A stretch of DNA of 41,544 nt from the IMG/VR virus record IMGVR_UViG_3300037511_000230, positions 1 to 41,544 of that record, one strand, 5' to 3'. Positions 1-9,383 of this stretch are shown piece after piece. The notes beneath the pieces are model-generated. The model was given only the letters and a program-made list of their open reading frames with translations. It searched no databases and was not told the origin of the DNA. This DNA is from a virus. Lineage: Duplodnaviria > Caudoviricetes. Both the position numbers and the translations under genes were made by a program. The number at the start of each line of letters is the position of its first letter. Positions within the stretch are counted from its first letter, which is position 1.

Positions 1-96
1 GGTCACCTTCTCGACCGCGACGACCCGCTGGCCGAGGCGGACAACCTCTCCCCGCTCCAGCTCACCGGCGGGGGTCACACGCAGGTGCATCAGCAT
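1..96 (-). CDS. hypothetical protein (5' part; runs off window)
   Basis: ATG at 96 preceded by GACCACGGAAGAAGGAACAGATC RBS; reads MLMHLRVTPAGELERGEVV... Confidence 0.55.
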   Translation of the reverse strand, partial: MLMHLRVTPAGELERGEVVRLGQRVVAVEKVT

Positions 97-134
97 GATC
101 TGTTCCTTCTTCCGTGGTCGGCCGGGGACGGTTG

Positions 135-473
135 TCAGACCGTCTTGCCGGACTTCTTGAGGGTGGTCACCTTGTGCCCTGAGCGGACTGCTTCGAGCAG
201 CCTCCCGTTGAGGTGGAACCGCACCGTGCGTACGTAGTGGCTGCGCTTGACCCGTCCCCCGAGGGCCCCCGCCGGAACCCGGCGCCGGGACGGCTCCAGG
301 GTGAAGGCGTTGGGCAGCTTGACCTTGAACCCGGCCGCCAGCGCCCGGCCCGTGATGTCCACGACCGCCTGGACCGCCTGCTGCGCGTCGGCCTGGCTCC
401 AGCCCGTCTCGGCTGCCACGGCCTTGCTCATCTCGATGAAGTTGAGGTCTTCGGTGATCTTCGCACGGACCAT
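135..473 (-). CDS. HU/IHF-like histone-like DNA-binding protein
   Basis: N-terminal helices (MSKAVAAETGWSQADAQQAVQAVVDITGRAL), VKLPNAFTLEP arm and VRF motif match the HU fold; strong RBS. Confidence 0.75.
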   Translation of the reverse strand: MVRAKITEDLNFIEMSKAVAAETGWSQADAQQAVQAVVDITGRALAAGFKVKLPNAFTLEPSRRRVPAGALGGRVKRSHYVRTVRFHLNGRLLEAVRSGHKVTTLKKSGKTV

Positions 474-567
474 GATCCGTTCTCCCTTGGTCTGCTGGGG
501 TCCAGTTGCCCCGTACAGCGGCCGGGCCCGAGGGTCCCCGGTACCGGCCGCTGGCCGCGAACTGGAT

Positions 568-747
568 CTACTTCTTGGGGTTGTCGTCCTTCTTGCCCCA
601 GGGGGTGCCGCCGAAGAGCTTGCGGTCCTTCTGCCGCCGCTTACCGGCGGACGACTTCCGCTTGCGGCCGGTGGGGTTCTGGCTCGCCGGGTCGTCGTCC
701 TTGTCCCAGGAGTCGTCCTCGCCGCCGCTGCCGTTGATGTAGCCCAT
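568..747 (-). CDS. small charged hypothetical protein (59 aa)
   Basis: MGYINGSGGEDDSWD... start overlaps the upstream stop (TGATG coupling). Confidence 0.55.
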   Translation of the reverse strand: MGYINGSGGEDDSWDKDDDPASQNPTGRKRKSSAGKRRQKDRKLFGGTPWGKKDDNPKK

Positions 748-1310
748 CAGAATCCGTATCCCTTCCGCCAGGTCATCGGGTAGCTGTTGCCGTTGTTGCC
801 GGACTCGTCGGCGTACCGGCCGAAGGGGGTAGGCCGGACGGTCGCCTCCACGATCTCGTCCCCGTCGGCGATCTTGTCCAGGATCAGGTCCCAGCCGGTG
901 TCGGTCTGCTCCGGCCCGCTGAAGTAGAAGGTGTCCGAGCCGTCGGCCAGGTAGCCGGTGCCCCGGTCGATGATGACCTCCAGGGTCCAGTCGACCTGCG
1001 TCCCGGCGCCCTTGTGCTTGACGAACGACTCCTCGGGGACGTCGGTGTTCTCGTAGACGTCGGCGTTGACCCACCGGCCGCCCTCAGCCACGGAGATCGA
1101 GATGCCGTGGGCCGACAGCACACCGCACCGGAAGTTGCCCCGGCCCACGTGCACCTCGTTGTCCGGCGCCGGGGGCGTCATGCACCGCCAGGAGCACTCC
1201 GTGGCCTCCTTGAGGGCGAGCGCCCGAGCCTTGTCCAGGCTGCGGAAGCCGCGCTCGCCGGGGTTCAGGACGCCCCCAGCCTCGCTGGTGACGTAGTACA
1301 GCTTTGCCAT
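747..1310 (-). CDS. hypothetical protein
   Basis: 187-aa ORF, GAGGAG RBS, GC3-rich codons. Confidence 0.75.
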   Translation of the reverse strand: MAKLYYVTSEAGGVLNPGERGFRSLDKARALALKEATECSWRCMTPPAPDNEVHVGRGNFRCGVLSAHGISISVAEGGRWVNADVYENTDVPEESFVKHKGAGTQVDWTLEVIIDRGTGYLADGSDTFYFSGPEQTDTGWDLILDKIADGDEIVEATVRPTPFGRYADESGNNGNSYPMTWRKGYGF

Positions 1311-1334
1311 GATCAGTTCTCCTCAAGCATGTAG

Positions 1335-1358
1335 GGGCCCGGCCAGTCGGCCGGGCCC
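1335..1358 (-). terminator. GC hairpin, probable terminator after the WYL gene
   Basis: GGGCCCGGCC-AGTC-GGCCGGGCCC 10-bp stem immediately downstream of the stop at 1366. Confidence 0.55.
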
Positions 1359-1365
1359 GGGGCTG

Positions 1366-2115
1366 TTACGCGTAGACCTTGACGTACCGGCGGCCCGAGG
1401 CGAACGCCTCGGCCAGCTTGTCCTGGACGCTCTCCGGGGCCTCCAGGGCCGTCGCGCTGCCGGGGGTGGTGTCGTAGAGGAACCACTCCGCCGACTCCTC
1501 CAGGGCCGGGCGAGGGGCCGGGACGGCCGGGGAGTTCGGGTCCAGGAGGTTCCAGCCGGGGTGCGACGGACCGGCCGGGACGGTCGCCCGGAACGCGGCG
1601 GCGAGGGCGGCCTTGGTCGGCCGGGCGGGGGCGGTCGCGCGGTGCAGGGTGGAGTGGGTGATGCGGTCGGCCCGGAAGCTGCGCTCCTCGTCCTTGCGGA
1701 CGTCCAGGGCGCGGACGACGGTGTGGCCGTCCTTGGTCCGGCGGACCGAGCCGACCCGGATCTCACGGCGGCTGACGGAGCCGTCGGTCTTGACGTAGCG
1801 GATCGCCATCGTCCGGCCGGTACGGACTGCGGTGTGGTAGCGGGCGATGTCCGCGTCCTCGACGGTCCAGACGGTGAACGCCTTGCCGTCGATCATCAGG
1901 GCGACGACCCTCAGCCCGGCCAGCTCGTACTCGAACACCTCGGCCAGCCCGTACTCGGCCAGGTACTCGGGGTCCTGGGCGTTCTCCCGGTGGGCGTCCG
2001 CGTAGCTGTCGATGATGTCCGCGTACTGGTGCTCTTCCGGGGTCCACTCGGTCTCGCACACGCCGTCGGCGAAGTTGATCGTGGTGATGATCTGGCGGCC
2101 GGTGTTGATTCGCAT
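1366..2115 (-). CDS. WYL-domain protein
   Basis: AVRTGRTMAIRYVKTDGSVSRREI...VRALDVRKDEERSFRADRI is a typical WYL pattern; ATG at 2115 with AGGAG RBS. Confidence 0.8.
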   Translation of the reverse strand: MRINTGRQIITTINFADGVCETEWTPEEHQYADIIDSYADAHRENAQDPEYLAEYGLAEVFEYELAGLRVVALMIDGKAFTVWTVEDADIARYHTAVRTGRTMAIRYVKTDGSVSRREIRVGSVRRTKDGHTVVRALDVRKDEERSFRADRITHSTLHRATAPARPTKAALAAAFRATVPAGPSHPGWNLLDPNSPAVPAPRPALEESAEWFLYDTTPGSATALEAPESVQDKLAEAFASGRRYVKVYA

Positions 2116-2228
2116 GGTCTGCTCCTGCTGGTCTGTGGTCTGTGTTCGCCTTACTGGGTACAACCTACGCTGAACAGGGCCGGTCTAAACACCCCTTAGG
2201 AAGGGGAGTTGAGACCAGCCCCGAATTG

Positions 2229-3125
2229 TTACAAAGACAGCGCCCGGCGGATGCCCTCCTCCAGGGTGACCTGCGGCGCGTAGTGGGTCAGCATCCGGCT
2301 CGGATCACCGACCCGGTACGCCACGCCCTGGGGCGCATCGGGGTCGACATGGATCGCGGGCTCGTACCCGGCCTCCCGGGCCATCATCCGCGCCAGCAGG
2401 ACGAACGACGTAGGTTTGCCGGTGCAGAGGTTGACCGGCTGCTCCGTGCCCGACTCGGCGACCGCGAGCGCTCCGGCCACGACGTCATCCACGTGAATCC
2501 AGTCCCGCGTGCAGTCCCCGCACCACAGCTGGACCGGATCGTCCCCCGCCTTGACCCGCTCCAGGATCGCCCGGAACGGGTAGCTCGGGTCCTGGTCCTC
2601 GCCGTAGCCGCTGAACGGCCGGACGACCGTGACCGGTACGCCGGTCCGGCGAAGCCGGTCGGCCAGCAGCTCGCCGGTGACCTTGCTCCAGCCGTAGACC
2701 TCGTCCGGCTGGGCGGTCCAGATCCCGCCCGGGTTCAGCACGTCCTCACGCAGCCGGGTCTCGTCTCCTCCGCTCTGGAGCATGACCGGGTACGCGGCCG
2801 AGCTGCTGAAGTACAGCACCCGGCCCGGCCGCGTGATGGCTGCCCAGCGGAACATCTCCGCGTCGATGGACAGCGACTCCGCCGTCTTGAGCGGATCGCG
2901 CTCGATGGTCTCCCGGCCGCCGACCACGGCCGCGCAGTGCACCACGAGGTCGAACGGCATCCAGTCGTGCTCCGGGTGCCGGGCCTGCTGCTGGAAGAAC
3001 AGACGGCAGTCCTGGGAGCTGGACGCCTTCACGTCCAGGCCGGTGACCTCGTACCCCCGACGCTCCAGCTCCGCCTTGAAGTGCCGCCCGAGGAAGCCCC
3101 GGTCGCCGGTGATCAGTGCCCTCAC
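2229..3125 (-). CDS. NAD-dependent epimerase/dehydratase (NDP-sugar modifying, extended SDR)
   Basis: LITGDRGFLG Rossmann motif, VVHCAA, FSSSAAY, YGWSK (YxxxK), RPFSGYG, RDWIHVDD; GTGA overlap start. Confidence 0.9.
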   Translation of the reverse strand: MRALITGDRGFLGRHFKAELERRGYEVTGLDVKASSSQDCRLFFQQQARHPEHDWMPFDLVVHCAAVVGGRETIERDPLKTAESLSIDAEMFRWAAITRPGRVLYFSSSAAYPVMLQSGGDETRLREDVLNPGGIWTAQPDEVYGWSKVTGELLADRLRRTGVPVTVVRPFSGYGEDQDPSYPFRAILERVKAGDDPVQLWCGDCTRDWIHVDDVVAGALAVAESGTEQPVNLCTGKPTSFVLLARMMAREAGYEPAIHVDPDAPQGVAYRVGDPSRMLTHYAPQVTLEEGIRRALSL

Positions 3126-3718
3126 CACTTGTCGCTCCGTCCGCTCGTGTTGCCCCCGTGCCAGTGCCAGATCCAGGTCCGGCGGTTGAGGTGTTCGATC
3201 TTCGCACCGGCGGCCACGATCCGCTCCCAGGTCCCCCAGTCGTCGCAAGGATTGTCCGGCGGCCCCTTCGGGGTGAAGCCCCCGACCTCCCAGATCACAT
3301 CGCTCCGCACCAGGACCGTGACCGGGATGTAGTTCTCCGTCCGCAGCAGCTCCTCACTGAACGGCTGACCCTCCCGGTACGGCCACGGGTCCCAGCCCTC
3401 CGGCACCGTGAACCACGGGTAGACCATGTCCGCCCCGGTGGCTTCGGCGTGCTCCATCAGCAGCCGGATGTGGTCGGGGTTCCACTCGTCGTCGTCGTCC
3501 AGGAACGCCATCCACTCCGTGTTCACGGACGAGCAGGCGTGGCTGCGGTTGCGGGCTGAGCCCTCACGCTCGTGGTCTACACGGATGCTCACTGCCTCGA
3601 CCGGCCGCTCCTGCTGGAGGACGGAGTCGACGGCCCGGTGCAGGTGTGTCTGGACCCGGGGCGGGATGGCCGGGATGACGGCCGTGACCCCGGGGCGCAG
3701 ATGCTTCAAGTGGTTCAC
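3122..3718 (-). CDS. glycosyltransferase family 2 (GT-A)
   Basis: VTAVIPAI, GSARNR, WMAFLDDDD (DxD), VGGF, DDWGTW; GTGA-coupled start. Confidence 0.85.
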   Translation of the reverse strand: MNHLKHLRPGVTAVIPAIPPRVQTHLHRAVDSVLQQERPVEAVSIRVDHEREGSARNRSHACSSVNTEWMAFLDDDDEWNPDHIRLLMEHAEATGADMVYPWFTVPEGWDPWPYREGQPFSEELLRTENYIPVTVLVRSDVIWEVGGFTPKGPPDNPCDDWGTWERIVAAGAKIEHLNRRTWIWHWHGGNTSGRSDKW

Positions 3719-4359
3719 CGGGCGACCGCCATCCAGAGCTGGTACGTGTAGGCGTTGTCCATGTGCCGGGTCGACTCCGGCACCAGCAGCCGGACCTCCA
3801 GCGGGCTCCAGCCCGCCTCCCACAGCATGTGATGGATGTCCGACTGCCCCCAGCCCCAGTAGTGCTCCTCGTTGCCGACCGAGGCGGCTTCGTCCAGCGG
3901 GGTGGACAGGAACAGGTACCGGCTGACGCCGGTCAGCTTCTGGAGCAGACCATCAGGGTCGGGGACGTGCTCCAGCGTCTCGGACAGGATGAACAGATCC
4001 ACCGGCAGCGACCGACCGGGGATGTCCTGGAACCCGGCCAGGCTGTCCGGCAGAGGTCCCGGCTCCAGGACCCGCACGTGTGTCCGGAGCGGGTAGTCGC
4101 CCCGGGCCCCGATCAGGTCCCCGACGTACGCCTGTTCCAGCAGATCGTCAATGCCCCGCAGGATCGCCGCGTCCCCGCAGGACAGGTCGGCCGCTGTCCT
4201 GATCCGGCCGCTGTACCGGCGGATCAGATCCACCGAGGCGGCCACCCGCTCCACGTGGTCCGGCCAGCGGTCGTGCCGGTACCCGAGGGGGTACCGGCCC
4301 TCGTAGAACGTAACCTCCTCGGCCTCGGTCCGGACCGGCCTCAGCTGTACCCGGGTCAC
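3715..4359 (-). CDS. class I SAM-dependent methyltransferase
   Basis: AADLSCGDA motif I; DLFILSETLEHVPDP; LFLSTP. Confidence 0.8.
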   Translation of the reverse strand: MTRVQLRPVRTEAEEVTFYEGRYPLGYRHDRWPDHVERVAASVDLIRRYSGRIRTAADLSCGDAAILRGIDDLLEQAYVGDLIGARGDYPLRTHVRVLEPGPLPDSLAGFQDIPGRSLPVDLFILSETLEHVPDPDGLLQKLTGVSRYLFLSTPLDEAASVGNEEHYWGWGQSDIHHMLWEAGWSPLEVRLLVPESTRHMDNAYTYQLWMAVAR

Positions 4360-5057
4360 AGCGCGTACTCCTCTCGCACCAGCTTGAGCGTGGCTTCCAT
4401 GCCGACTCCGTCCCGGTACTGCTCCCAGGCGAGCCGGTCGGCCGTGTCGGCGACCGAGGCGTTCACGGCCCGGTAGCGCTCGTCCCACTCCGCCTTACCG
4501 GCCACGGGGTGCAGGTGCTCGATGATCACGTCCTCCCTGTACCGGAGCCCGCCGGTCTGCTCCCCGAGGTGCTTCCAGAAGTTGTCCAGGTAGAGGTGCC
4601 GCATGCACTGCGGGGCCATCACCCCGATCGCCCGGATCATCCGCGACTGCATGAACACGGCGGTCGGCAGGTTCGCGCCCTGGAGCAGGTCATTGCCGTA
4701 GACGATGCGGGGCTCCAGGCTGTCCAGCTCGCTGATCATCTGCATGTCCCACCCGGCCGTCCGGGGCAGGTGGTCGTCCCCCATGAAGCCCACGTAGTCC
4801 ACCAGGTCGGCGTACGCGGTCGCCGCGTAGTTGAGCGGGCCGCACAGGCCCGTGCCTCCTGTGCTGCCGTAGATCATGAGCCGGGGGATGCCTCCCGTGT
4901 CCAGCAGGGCCTTGTAGCCGGGCAGCTCGGGGTCGTCCTTGTCGGCCACGAACACGGGCAGGGCGCCCGAGGCTGTGGTCTCCTCGAACGCCCTGGCCAG
5001 CCGGGCCGCGTTCTGGGGCCGTCCCCTGGTGGGGACGATCACTGCGAGTGCGGTCAC
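4356..5057 (-). CDS. glycosyltransferase family 2 (GT-A)
   Basis: LAVIVPTRGRP, GPLNYAA, VGFMGDDH, HLYLDN, VIIEHLHP. Confidence 0.85.
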   Translation of the reverse strand: MTALAVIVPTRGRPQNAARLARAFEETTASGALPVFVADKDDPELPGYKALLDTGGIPRLMIYGSTGGTGLCGPLNYAATAYADLVDYVGFMGDDHLPRTAGWDMQMISELDSLEPRIVYGNDLLQGANLPTAVFMQSRMIRAIGVMAPQCMRHLYLDNFWKHLGEQTGGLRYREDVIIEHLHPVAGKAEWDERYRAVNASVADTADRLAWEQYRDGVGMEATLKLVREEYAL

Positions 5058-5467
5058 CGCTTCCTCCTCGGAGCGGCCCGCTCACGGGTCAGCTCCATGT
5101 TGATCTGTGATTCCCTGGTCGTCCGGATCAGGTACGCGACAGCTGCCGCCGCAATGGCGACGCCGATCAGCCCGATCAGGAGTGCCGTCATGACGACGGC
5201 GAGGATCATGGCACAGATCGTGCCGATGATCAGTGCCCCGAGCGCCAGCCACATGTACGGCAGCGCCTGCTGCGCGAGCGTGGGCTTCGGCGGAGGGGGC
5301 GGCGGAGCCGGGGGCGCGTAGTGGTGGTGTTCATGGACGTGGATGATCTGCGGCGCACCCGGCCCCGTGGAGATCTCCGTACCCGGCAGCGAGCTGGTCG
5401 GGTGCATCTTCAGGTACTCCACGATGGCCGGGAGCCGGTCGTTGCTGGACTCGTGTTCCATGGTCAT
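5054..5467 (-). CDS. membrane protein, SpdD-like (plasmid spreading)
   Basis: Pro/His-rich N-terminus followed by two hydrophobic helices and a basic tail; lies just downstream of traB. Confidence 0.55.
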   Translation of the reverse strand: MTMEHESSNDRLPAIVEYLKMHPTSSLPGTEISTGPGAPQIIHVHEHHHYAPPAPPPPPPKPTLAQQALPYMWLALGALIIGTICAMILAVVMTALLIGLIGVAIAAAAVAYLIRTTRESQINMELTRERAAPRRKR

Positions 5468-5479
5468 GACGCTCCTTGC

Positions 5480-5689
5480 TCAGCGGGTCAGGTGGGCCTT
5501 CACGTACCGGCGCGCGAACCAGTACGGCCCGGCGATGACGGCCCACAGCACGGCCGACCCCAGCACGTTGAAGTTGAGGGTGTCCTTGGGCAGCAGGCCC
5601 AGGAGCAGGAGCCAGAACGGGAACCCCAGCACCAGCTCGGCGATGATCGCGAGGTCCAGCTTGGCCTCGGCGATCAGCTTTTCGATCAT
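5480..5689 (-). CDS. small two-TM membrane protein
   Basis: 69 aa, two hydrophobic segments, GAAGGA RBS. Confidence 0.65.
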   Translation of the reverse strand: MIEKLIAEAKLDLAIIAELVLGFPFWLLLLGLLPKDTLNFNVLGSAVLWAVIAGPYWFARRYVKAHLTR

Positions 5690-5710
5690 TCCAGTTTCCT
5701 TCGTCTAGGG

Positions 5711-5843
5711 CCCTGACTCGTCAGGGCTGCGTGGCCCAAGAACATACCCAGGCCAGGACGGTCGTCAGAAGTCTGATCAGACGTCTGATCAGCTCCTGAC
5801 GGCCATCCTGATCAGAGTCTGATCAGGTTCCTGACGCCTCCTG
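5711..5843. repeat. clustered CTGATCAG/CTGAC repeats; candidate clt (cis-acting locus of transfer)
   Basis: CTGATCAG at 5773, 5785, 5808 and 5819; 5773-5792 is a perfect 20-bp palindrome; CCCTGAC-TC-GTCAGGG at 5711; overlaps the traB stop. Confidence 0.6.
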
Positions 5844-7814
5844 AGAAGCGCCGGGGAACTGCCGGATGATGCTGAAGATCTTCTTGCCCTTCGGGGGCTG
5901 GTATGCCCGCAGAACGCCCGCCTCCACCAGGAGGTTCAGGTTGTTGTAGACCCAGCCCGGGGTCTTGCCGACCTCCCGGGGGATGTCCTCCAGGTCATCG
6001 AAGGTGATGTCCATGTGGCCGCCCCGGGCCAGCACCTCCAGCCTGTTCATCAGCCGGGCGCGGGCCTCCTCGGTGGACATCTTCACCTTGGGCTCGTCGC
6101 TGAAGGTGATGTCCAGCCCCGGACGGGGCGGTGTGAGGGGCTGGTTCGGGTCCGCCCCCGACACTCCGGCGAACGGGCTCATGATCTCCTCTTCCTCCTC
6201 TCCGAGCTCGTCTTCCTCCAGGTCAGCGTCCTCGGACGGGGTGAGCGCGGGGTCGATTCCGTACGCCATGCGCTCGTACGTCCCCGCGTCCATCCCGGCC
6301 CAGAACTGCCGTGAGCCCTCGATGCTGAACTGCTTCTCGGCCGGGGTCATGTAGACGGCCCGGCCGTCGACCGGCCAGTGGGTCTTGTCCGTGCCGGACA
6401 CCTCGGCGTACAGGCTGCCGGGGGCGTCGTTGCGCCACTTCGTCGGGTCGGCCCCGGCTTCCAGGGACTCGTTGCTCAGGCTGTACTTGGCGTCCTGGTA
6501 CTCGTTCTGGCCGTGGGCCAGGGACTCCACGAACTGCCCGCGCACCTTCCGGGGGATGTCGTCGTGGGGCATGGTCTGCATGCTGATGTTGAGCTTGACC
6601 CCGCAGGACCGCAGCTTGCGGACCGCCTCGTAGACCTCCTCGTCCATCTCCATCATGATGTCGGCGGCCTCTTCGATGTTGACGAAGACCGCCGGGATGC
6701 CGTGCAGCGTGTAGCACTCCGGCTCCCACTGCTTGTAGCCGGTGCCGCCGTCCGACCTGACGAGCGATCCGAGCAGGTCAGCCCGGTACTCCACCACCGG
6801 CCCGGCCAGGTTGACCAGCAGCTGCTTGCACTGGTCGGCGTTGACGGCCTTGAGCGCGAGCGTCTCCTCGATGTCGCCGAAGGACTGCCGGAACTTGGCC
6901 GGGTCGCCGACGACCGGCACGATGTCCGTCCGCCAGCGCATGTCCAGGATCGCCGTGCAGATCGTCTCGGTCTTGCCGGAGCCGTTGACGCCGGTGGTCT
7001 TGCAGTGCGCCAGGGGGCGGGCGTTCTCGGGGTCCGTGTTGCCGACCATCCACCACTCGATGTCCGAGCCGTCGGTCCGGCGGCCGAGGTACAGCGGAGC
7101 CGCCGCGCAGGACTGTCCCGGGGCCGAGGGTCCCCGGTAGGACACCGGACGTGACGTGTCCGCCCGCCGGTTGAGGACAACATCGGCGATGTCCTCCCGC
7201 CCCGGGACACGGAGCACCTTGACCTGATCCTTGTCCACCCCCGCCACGGCAGCGACCTGCTCCCGTGTCCTCTGCGCGTCCCCGACGGTGGTCGGGGCGT
7301 CCAGGTGGTGACGGATGCGCAGCTCGTCCGGGGACACGGACACGTCACCCTTCGCGACCTTGGCGTTCTTGAACGCGCTGATCTTGTCACCGAGCCAGGA
7401 CCCCGAGCTGTCCGCTGTCCTGTCACGGTCGTGTCCGCCGACTGTCCCGGCGTGACGGATCATCCAGAAGGAGGACAGGGACACCGAACCGATGACCCAC
7501 GCCTTGAGCATGTCCCCCCGCCAGGGGACACCCGACCCGGCGAACGCGATCCAGGACAGGGCGAGGACAACGGACAGCGTCGCTGTCACCCGGGTCTCGT
7601 GCCTGCGCCCCTTCCAGGTGCGCCACGTGCCGTAGGACATGACCGTGAAGATGGCCCCGATGATCGCCATCCAGCGGCCGTCCCCACCCACGGTGAAGTG
7701 GATGGCCACGGCCACCGGAAAGGCAGCGAGCGCGAGCAGCCACGGGGCCACGTACGGGGCTGCCTTCTCTCCGATGCGGAGCCCAAGAGAGCCCCGGCGG
7801 CCGTGACCAGCCAT
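5823..7814 (-). CDS. traB: TraB-like FtsK/SpoIIIE conjugative DNA translocase
   Basis: N-terminal TM helices, Walker A GVNGSGKT, Walker B VNIEEAA, RSCGVKLNISMQ, acidic linker and C-terminal wHTH, the architecture of Streptomyces plasmid TraB. Confidence 0.85.
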   Translation of the reverse strand: MAGHGRRGSLGLRIGEKAAPYVAPWLLALAAFPVAVAIHFTVGGDGRWMAIIGAIFTVMSYGTWRTWKGRRHETRVTATLSVVLALSWIAFAGSGVPWRGDMLKAWVIGSVSLSSFWMIRHAGTVGGHDRDRTADSSGSWLGDKISAFKNAKVAKGDVSVSPDELRIRHHLDAPTTVGDAQRTREQVAAVAGVDKDQVKVLRVPGREDIADVVLNRRADTSRPVSYRGPSAPGQSCAAAPLYLGRRTDGSDIEWWMVGNTDPENARPLAHCKTTGVNGSGKTETICTAILDMRWRTDIVPVVGDPAKFRQSFGDIEETLALKAVNADQCKQLLVNLAGPVVEYRADLLGSLVRSDGGTGYKQWEPECYTLHGIPAVFVNIEEAADIMMEMDEEVYEAVRKLRSCGVKLNISMQTMPHDDIPRKVRGQFVESLAHGQNEYQDAKYSLSNESLEAGADPTKWRNDAPGSLYAEVSGTDKTHWPVDGRAVYMTPAEKQFSIEGSRQFWAGMDAGTYERMAYGIDPALTPSEDADLEEDELGEEEEEIMSPFAGVSGADPNQPLTPPRPGLDITFSDEPKVKMSTEEARARLMNRLEVLARGGHMDITFDDLEDIPREVGKTPGWVYNNLNLLVEAGVLRAYQPPKGKKIFSIIRQFPGASQEASGT

Positions 7815-7815
7815 G

Positions 7816-8328
7816 TCAGCGACCTCCGAACGGGTCGAAGCCGCTCCGGCCCTTGTGGGGCTTGGCGACGGACGCGGACTCCAGGGACTCCAGGAAGTCC
7901 TCCATCAGGGCCCAGGTCTTGACGGCCCCGGTGGCGCTGGCCAGCAGGGACTCGGCAGACCCGGAGTTGAGCTGACGGCTCATGCGGATCAGGAGCGCCT
8001 TGAGCTTGCTCTTCTGGACCATGGTCATGCGGCCGTCGTCGGAGCGCTCACGGGCGGCCTTGCGGGCCGCTGCGTGGAGCTGAGCGGCCCCGGCGTGCGC
8101 GAAGAACGCCAGACCCTGGGACAGGGCCCGCAGGCTCTCCAGGAAGTCGTACAGCTCCTCCGGAGTCATCACCTCACCTGCGGCGATGGTCTCCAGGTGC
8201 TGCTCCATGGTCTTGCGAGTGGCGGCCGGAGCTCCGGTGGCCTTGGCGCCGGTGGCCGAGGTGCCGCTGGGGCGCCTCGGGGCGGCGGCCGTCTTCTTGG
8301 CGGCGCCGGTGCTGGGTGCTGTGGTCAT
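7816..8328 (-). CDS. TraA-like plasmid transfer protein
   Basis: Ala/Thr-rich N-terminus plus helical core, directly upstream of and coupled to traB, as traA is on Streptomyces plasmids. Confidence 0.55.
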   Translation of the reverse strand: MTTAPSTGAAKKTAAAPRRPSGTSATGAKATGAPAATRKTMEQHLETIAAGEVMTPEELYDFLESLRALSQGLAFFAHAGAAQLHAAARKAARERSDDGRMTMVQKSKLKALLIRMSRQLNSGSAESLLASATGAVKTWALMEDFLESLESASVAKPHKGRSGFDPFGGR

Positions 8329-8346
8329 GGTTCCTTGATCCTCTCG

Positions 8347-9246
8347 TTACGGGCGGGGGTGCTTGGCCTCGGCCCGGCGGATGGCTACGGACAGGCTGTT
8401 GGGCTTGGGCGGTGTCCCGTCCGGGGACACGTATTCGGCCTTGAGCGTGTCCCGGATCTTGTCCTTGTCCCACCCGGACAGCCACAGCTCGGCCGCCCTG
8501 GCGGACAGGGACACGGGGTTCTGTCCCGCCGTCTGTCCCGGGGACGCCGTCGCCTGTGTCCCCTTGGTGAGGGACAGGACATTGGACGCTGCCGGGACAG
8601 ACGGGCGGGACACCGGCTGTCCCGTGTCCTGTCCCACGGGGGACAGGACAGGAGCGGCCGGTACCGGTGACGGGACAGGACGGGGCCGAAGCCGTGTCAC
8701 GGTCGCCACCGGAGTCTGGATGTCCTGTCCCGTGTCCTCGGGGACACGGACAGGAGCGGGACGGACAGGGGACGCCGCCAGGTGCAGCAGGTGTCCCAGG
8801 ATGAACGGCGGAATGCCGGACACGATCACGACCAGCCACAGCGGCGGCCGGGGCTCGGCGCTCAGCCAGCCGGTGGTGAACATGTGACTGACGGGCTGAG
8901 CCGCCATGGCCAGGAGAAGGCTCAGTCCGGCCCCTACGACGGCCGTAGCCTTGCCCCGGGCCCCTCGGGGCCGGACGGTCGCCACAACGGCGGAAATGCC
9001 CGCGTAGAGGCTCAGGAGCCCGGCCCATCCCCACGACAGCCATGCCCGGTCGCCGTTCCACCCGGCCAGGTACGCCAGGTGCTGCTCACCGGGGGCACAG
9101 AGCACGAGCACGACCACAGCCGCCAGCGGGCGGCCCCAGTCGGTGAAGATCGGGACCCACCAGGGGATGTCCGGCCCGTGTCCCGCCTCGGGGACAGCGG
9201 TGTCACCGCCGGACACCCGGCGGGACACAAAGGGGATGCGAAGCAT
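8347..9246 (-). CDS. Spd/DUF2637-like membrane protein with Pro-rich linker and C-terminal putative DNA-binding domain
   Basis: Four TM segments (APGEQHLAYLAGW; VSGIPPFILGHLLHL), low-complexity linker, C-terminal helical domain. Confidence 0.65.
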   Translation of the reverse strand: MLRIPFVSRRVSGGDTAVPEAGHGPDIPWWVPIFTDWGRPLAAVVVLVLCAPGEQHLAYLAGWNGDRAWLSWGWAGLLSLYAGISAVVATVRPRGARGKATAVVGAGLSLLLAMAAQPVSHMFTTGWLSAEPRPPLWLVVIVSGIPPFILGHLLHLAASPVRPAPVRVPEDTGQDIQTPVATVTRLRPRPVPSPVPAAPVLSPVGQDTGQPVSRPSVPAASNVLSLTKGTQATASPGQTAGQNPVSLSARAAELWLSGWDKDKIRDTLKAEYVSPDGTPPKPNSLSVAIRRAEAKHPRP

Positions 9247-9337
9247 GGTCCTGTCCTTCCGTGGTCCGGTTTCCTTAAATCGGTGTGCTGAGGGTATGTC
9301 CTGTGCCGTGTCCCGTCAAACGTCCCGGGCGTGACAA

Positions 9338-9363
9338 AGGGCCGGGGACATGTCCCCGGCCCT
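9338..9363 (-). terminator. perfect 26-bp palindrome; terminator and/or binding site
   Basis: AGGGCCGGGGACATGTCCCCGGCCCT, followed by T residues on the minus strand; built around GGACA/TGTCC. Confidence 0.6.
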
Positions 9364-9383
9364 GCTGCCTGCGGTGTCCTCGG

